Part shown: one piece after another, positions 59,188 through 64,000 of the stretch
Numbering within the stretch: the stretch's first letter is position 1
Layout of the letters: the number at the start of each line of letters is the position of its first letter
DNA from: Candidatus Bathyarchaeota archaeon
GTDB lineage: Archaea; Thermoproteota; Bathyarchaeia; Bathyarchaeales; Bathycorpusculaceae
Assembly (NCBI GenBank): GCA_963733095.1
Contig: CAVTBV010000001.1
Span: 96,001 to 160,000 of the forward strand
DNA length: 64,000 nt
Direction of reading: 5' to 3'
Notes under the pieces: model-generated
What the model saw: the letters and a program-made list of their open reading frames with translations, nothing else
Told to the model about the DNA's origin: nothing
Database searches by the model: none
Made by a program: the position numbers and the translations under genes

Positions 59188-60611
59188 ATGCCAGACAGAA
59201 AAATTCTACTCAAAGAAAACGACATACCAAAACAATGGTACAACATCGTGCCCGACTTGCCTCATCCTCTCCCACCCTTCATAGATGTGGCGACTAAACA
59301 GCCAGGCGTCGGCATCGTCCCCCAGATTTTCCCCAAAGAAATCATCGGACAAGAAATCAGCCAAGAGCGCTGGATAAACATCCCTGACGAAGTCCGCGAA
59401 GTCTACAGAATCTGGCGCCCAAGCCCGCTCTTCCGAGCACTCGGCCTGAGAAAGCACTGAAAACTCCCGCTAAAATCTACTACAAGTATGAAGGCGTCAG
59501 TCCAGCCGGCAGCCACAAACCCAACACTGCCGTGCCGCAGGCGTTCTACAACATGAAGGAAGGAATCACAAGGGTAACAACAGAAACAGGGGCTGGACAA
59601 TGGGGTTCAGCTTTATCGTTCGCAGCAGGCGTCTTCGGATTAGAAGCTACCGTATACATGGTGCGCGCAAGCTTTGACCAAAAACCCTACCGCAAAATGA
59701 TGATGAACGCATACGGTGCAGAATGCATCGCAAGTCCCAGCAACCGAACCGAGGCAGGCAGAAAAATCCTTGCTGAAGACCCAAACAACAAGGGCAGCTT
59801 GGGCATCGCCATTAGCGAAGCCGTTGAAGACTCCTTAACCAGTCTGGAGAAAAACGGCAAAAAAGCCAACTATACCATAGGAAGTGTCTTTAACCACGTC
59901 TGCATGCACCAAACCGTCGAAGGTTTAGAAGCCAAAAAACAGCTCGAAATGGTCGACGACTACCCCGATGTGGTTTATGGTTGCATCGGCGGCGGAAGCA
60001 GTTATTCGGGTCTTATGTGGCCTTTCTACTATGACCAGGTCACCAAGAAGGCTCCGAAAGAAACCAAGTTTGTTGCCACGGAAGCGACGGCTTGCCCCAA
60101 AGTCACTAAAGGAATATACCAATATGACCACGGTGACACTGCCAAAATTACACCGCTCGTGCCCATGCACACCCTGGGGCATGACTTCATTCCCGCGCCC
60201 ATCCATGCGGGGGGACTCCGCTATCACGGTATCGCCCCAACCATCAGCGTATTGGTCCAGGAAAAGAAGATGACAACCGAAGCCTACAGCCAAATAGAAG
60301 TCTTCGACGCCGCCAAACTGTTTTTGCGAACCGAAGGCATAATCCCCGCACCCGAACCCTCCCATGCAATCAAAGGCGCCATTGACGAAGCCCTGCGATG
60401 TAAGCAAACTGGCGAAGCAAAAACCATCCTGTTTGTGCTCTGCGGACACGGCTTTTTTGACATGGCAGCGTATGATGAATACTTCAGCGGTAGACTCGAA
60501 CCTTACGAGTACCCGACAGAGAAAGTCGCTGAATCCATGGATAAACTACACAAACTCTACCCATGGCTAAACGATGTCAACAAGAAATACATCGGCTGCG
60601 AGACGTACTAG
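59188..60611 (+). CDS. trpB2: Tryptophan synthase beta-like TrpB2; one -1 frameshift near 59448
   Basis: WYNI..WRPSPL.RA.GL / [46 protein letters not shown]. Confidence 0.9.
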
Positions 60612-60683
60612 CTTCGCAGATCACATCTTTTCTTATTTTTGTTTTTATTTATCGCCCGCTTATACTAGACAAGGCTATCTACG

Positions 60684-61814
60684 TTGACTGAAAACTTGTT
60701 ACCGACAAAAACTGTCGGATTCATCATTAACCCAGTTGCAGGCATGGGTGGCGCTGTCGGATTAAAGGGCACAGACGGTATAGCAATCCTAAATCAAGCT
60801 ATAGCCCTTGGCGCCAAACCCATTGCAACGCAAAGAGCAGAAACCTTCCTTGCCATACTCAGCCCAATGAAGAACAGTCTCAACCTAATTGTTGGTGCAG
60901 GCGACATGGGGCAGAATCAAGCCGAAAAGTGTGGTTTCACCTTCAAAGTTGTCGGAGAAAATAAGAAAGAAACCTCATCCGAGGACACACAAACAGTTGC
61001 CAAAGATATGGCTGAAGCCAAAGTGGATTTGCTTGTTTATTGTGGCGGCGACGGAACAACTCGTGATATAATGAAAAGTGTCGGATTACGTGTTCCTGTA
61101 CTTGGAGTTCCGACAGGCGTCAAGATGCACAGTGCCCTTTTTGCCGTAAGCCCCCAAGCTGCCGCAAGAGTTTCCGTCACTTACCTTTGGAGTAACTTAC
61201 CGCTTCGAGAAGCAGAAGTCATGGATGTGGATGAGGTTGCGTTTAGGCAGGGGAATCTGTCGGCTGAACTCTATGGGTATCTGCTAAGCCCCTTTGAGCC
61301 TCACTTGATTCAGGGTAACAAGATGGCAAGCCCCATGACTGAAAACGAAGTGGAAAACCAAGCTGCCATCGCCATCAACATAATCGAAGAGATGAAACCC
61401 GACACGATCTACATCATAGGTCCAGGCACAACCACTCGAACCATCAGCGACCTCTTAGACCAGAAAAAAACCTTGTTAGGCGTTGACCTCTTCCAAACCA
61501 AAAAAATAATCCTGAGGGATGTTAGCGAAAAACAGATTCTGGAAGCCACAGAAGGAAAAACCGCCAAAATAATTGTGACGCCGATTGGAGGGCAGGGCTT
61601 TATTTTCGGCAGGGGCAACCAGCAGATAAGCTCCAAAGTGATCCGTCAAGTGGGCATGAACAATATCATCGTAATATCGACGAAGAGCAAGCTGGATCGG
61701 CTGGAAAGCTTAAGAGTCGACACTGGGGACCCAGAATTGGATGAGCAGTTTCGGACAAAGGGAACCATAGCCGTAGTTGACTACAAAACGATTAAGGAAA
61801 TGAAAATCGAATAA
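60684..61814 (+). CDS. ATP-NAD kinase-like family protein
   Basis: NPVAGMGG.VGLKGTDG, GGDGT.RD, GVKMHS, TLLGVD, GRGNQQ. Confidence 0.85.
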   Translation: MTENLLPTKTVGFIINPVAGMGGAVGLKGTDGIAILNQAIALGAKPIATQRAETFLAILSPMKNSLNLIVGAGDMGQNQAEKCGFTFKVVGENKKETSSEDTQTVAKDMAEAKVDLLVYCGGDGTTRDIMKSVGLRVPVLGVPTGVKMHSALFAVSPQAAARVSVTYLWSNLPLREAEVMDVDEVAFRQGNLSAELYGYLLSPFEPHLIQGNKMASPMTENEVENQAAIAINIIEEMKPDTIYIIGPGTTTRTISDLLDQKKTLLGVDLFQTKKIILRDVSEKQILEATEGKTAKIIVTPIGGQGFIFGRGNQQISSKVIRQVGMNNIIVISTKSKLDRLESLRVDTGDPELDEQFRTKGTIAVVDYKTIKEMKIE

Positions 61815-61900
61815 TCTTTCTTAAACATCCCGATAATAATAGGGTTTTGGTAACGGAAATATACCTGAAGTCCACCTATTCTAACAAACTGAGGCTGAAC

Positions 61901-63007
61901 GTGTTGATTCCCATTAACCTGCCAAAAATCGGAGAAGAAGAAGTGCAAGCAGTCTTAGATGTCATGCGAAAAGGACCATTAACTAACGCATTGGGCGCTG
62001 GACCAAAAGTGTTAGAGTTTGAGAGGGATTTTGCCAAAATGGCTGACGCCAAACACGCTGTTGCAGTTAATTCTGGCACTGCCGCCCTACATTCAGCCGT
62101 TATGGCTGTTGGTGCAAAGCATGGAGACGAAGTTATTCTGCCCAGCTTTACTTTCGTAGCCACCGCCGAAGCCGTCGTTTTGGCAGGCGCAAAACCAGTC
62201 TTCGCGGACATCGACCCAAAAACTTACAACCTATCCCCAGAAGCAGCAGAAAAAGTCATTACCAAAAAAACCAAGGCTATACTGCCCGTGGACTTGTACG
62301 GTTTTTCAGCCGACATGAAACCTCTAAAAGAGATAGCGGCAAATCATGGCTTAGCGTTGGTTGAGGATGCCGCTCAAGCACATGGAACAACATATGAAGG
62401 AAAGCCCGCGGGAGCCTTTGCTGATGCTGCATGTTGGAGTCTCTACGCAAGCAAAAACATGACCACAGGCGAAGGTGGAGTCGTAACGGCAAACAGCGAC
62501 CAAATCGCCGAAACCCTTCGCATGATAAGGACTCATGGCGAAAAAGCCAAGTACGCATCACTTATGCTGGGAACAAACTACCGCATGTCCGAAATACAAG
62601 CTGCAATAGGCAACGTGCAAATGAAAAAGTTGCCCTCATTTGTAGCTAAACGCCGCCAAAATGCTCAGCAGCTAACAAAGATTCTTGAGAAAAACAGTAG
62701 GCTCATTTTGCCCTACGAATCAAAAGATATGCTGCATAGTTGGTATCTCTATACTGCTAGGCTAAAAGATGGCGCTGAAACCGAACGCAATGGGCTTTTG
62801 CAAGAACTCAAAAATAAGGGAATTGGCGCTGAAGCATATTATGTTAACCCGGTGCATCTGATGCCGTTCTACCGGGAAAACTTTGGAAGCGCCCAACTTC
62901 CCGAAACGGAAAAGGCCTCAAAGCAGGTGTTCTCGTTGCCGATTCATCCCGGAGTCACCGAAGAGCAGGTTCGTTTTATCGGAGAGACTGTTTTGAGTCT
63001 GCTATAG
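61901..63007 (+). CDS. DegT/DnrJ/EryC1/StrS PLP-dependent aminotransferase
   Basis: NSGTAAL, FTFVATA, EDAAQAHG, SLYASKNMTTGEGG, NYRMSE; start approximate. Confidence 0.92.
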   Translation: MLIPINLPKIGEEEVQAVLDVMRKGPLTNALGAGPKVLEFERDFAKMADAKHAVAVNSGTAALHSAVMAVGAKHGDEVILPSFTFVATAEAVVLAGAKPVFADIDPKTYNLSPEAAEKVITKKTKAILPVDLYGFSADMKPLKEIAANHGLALVEDAAQAHGTTYEGKPAGAFADAACWSLYASKNMTTGEGGVVTANSDQIAETLRMIRTHGEKAKYASLMLGTNYRMSEIQAAIGNVQMKKLPSFVAKRRQNAQQLTKILEKNSRLILPYESKDMLHSWYLYTARLKDGAETERNGLLQELKNKGIGAEAYYVNPVHLMPFYRENFGSAQLPETEKASKQVFSLPIHPGVTEEQVRFIGETVLSLL

Positions 63008-63100
63008 ACTATTTTGCAAAATGTGATGGAGTGTAAGAGTTAAATTGCACTTCACGTACTATACCTTCTGATTCGCACTAGATGGTTTTCTTTAAGGGGT

Positions 63101-63496
63101 ATGAATACTTTGAGTAATGAAGAAGGCGTTTCCCGCATAAAAGTAAAGTTTCTCATCGAAGGCTTAGGGGAAGCTGAAGGTGAACTCGTCAGGTTCCTTG
63201 CACCAAGAACAATAGATTACATCGTCCGCAAACTTCCCCTCGAAGGCAGAGCGGCGCTCTGGAAAGAAGAAGTCTATTTTGAAATTCCCCTCAAGATGGG
63301 CGAGGAAAAAGCCAAGTCAACAGTTGAGGAAGGCACTATTGCTTTCTGGCCCATGGGTAGCGCCCTATGCGTCTTCTACGGCAAATCCCAACCCTACAGT
63401 CCAGTGAGCATACTGGGAAAGATTACAAGTAACCTTGAACTTTTCAAGCAAGTAAAAAGCGGCTTGACAATAAAAATCCAGTTAGTAACGGCTTAA
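63101..63496 (+). CDS. Cyclophilin-like fold protein
   Basis: APRT, WKEEVYF, G.IAFWP.G.ALC.FYG. Confidence 0.8.
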   Translation: MNTLSNEEGVSRIKVKFLIEGLGEAEGELVRFLAPRTIDYIVRKLPLEGRAALWKEEVYFEIPLKMGEEKAKSTVEEGTIAFWPMGSALCVFYGKSQPYSPVSILGKITSNLELFKQVKSGLTIKIQLVTA

Positions 63497-63497
63497 C

Positions 63498-63977
63498 CTA
63501 AAAAGCAAGTGAGCTATCTCTCCATAACTCAAGCAGCCGCACACATTCTTCTTTGATATCTTTATCCTCTGTTTTCTCTTTGAGGGTTTTTAAGAATTCG
63601 ATACGTTTTTCCACAGTCCGTTTTTCTGCGTTGCCGCCATAGTAGAGTTCCCCTTCTATGTACTCTTTCATTTGGTAGGCTTTTTGGATAAGCAGGCTGG
63701 CGGCATCCACGGGGTTTTCTACGGCGAACTTGTTTGCCCAGATGGCGACTTCGGTTTCTCGGAGCTGGGTTATGCCGTCGATTTCCATAATTTTGCGTAT
63801 GTAAGATTGCAGAAAGTCGTAGTATCCTGCGGTTTTGATTAGTTCAAGGCTCTGGTTGACCTGCTTTCTAAACTCTGGTGTACCCTCAACTATCACGTTG
63901 TGTTTGTGTCCTTGGTCAACTAGCATTTTTGCGGTTTTTACTTCTTCAGCTGTATAAACTCTCTCTGGAAAACTCAT
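63498..63977 (-). CDS. Hypothetical protein
   Basis: 159-aa ORF with AGGAG upstream. Confidence 0.7.
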   Translation of the reverse strand: MSFPERVYTAEEVKTAKMLVDQGHKHNVIVEGTPEFRKQVNQSLELIKTAGYYDFLQSYIRKIMEIDGITQLRETEVAIWANKFAVENPVDAASLLIQKAYQMKEYIEGELYYGGNAEKRTVEKRIEFLKTLKEKTEDKDIKEECVRLLELWRDSSLAF

Positions 63978-64000
63978 GAAAACAAACTCCTAATGTGAAT

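Noticed and set aside
59458-59460. TGA as selenocysteine or readthrough in trpB2 (likewise TGA at 17534-17536)
   Set aside because: Homology continues in a different frame, so these are frameshifts and not in-frame recoding

Overview
Core-genome-rich archaeal window, most consistent with a Bathyarchaeia (TACK) chromosome; this is an inference from eS26/eS24/eS31/eS6/eS1, Alba, class I LysRS, Fae-Hps, CofD and paralogous membrane-anchored PQQ-like beta-propeller proteins. It holds a CobN-CbiZ-ABC block, three tRNAs (intron-containing Ser-CGA, Glu-TTC, Arg-GCG), a truncated S10-type block (uL3-uL4-uL23-uL2-uS19), the eS6-aIF2gamma-PIN-rpo7-spt4-DPCK-eS24-eS31 cluster, a decayed B12 radical-SAM gene, housekeeping/metabolic genes, thermosome-rpo6 and a TrpY-like regulator divergent from a frameshifted trpB2. 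No CRISPR array, transposase, integrase or rRNA was recognised. Best leads: (1) a Fae-Hps enzyme with an N-terminal helix-turn-helix whose own promoter is bracketed by an inverted repeat (candidate self-regulating formaldehyde enzyme); (2) a PspA-less YdjG/YdjI(SPFH)-like membrane-stress operon; (3) a beta-propeller/GT-C glycosyltransferase fusion whose stop codon lies inside a tRNA; (4) a dispersed intergenic repeat with a TATTAGGATCCTAATA palindrome; (5) sub-gene-scale A/C versus G/T strand-skew patches. All calls are by eye from motifs; no database search was run.
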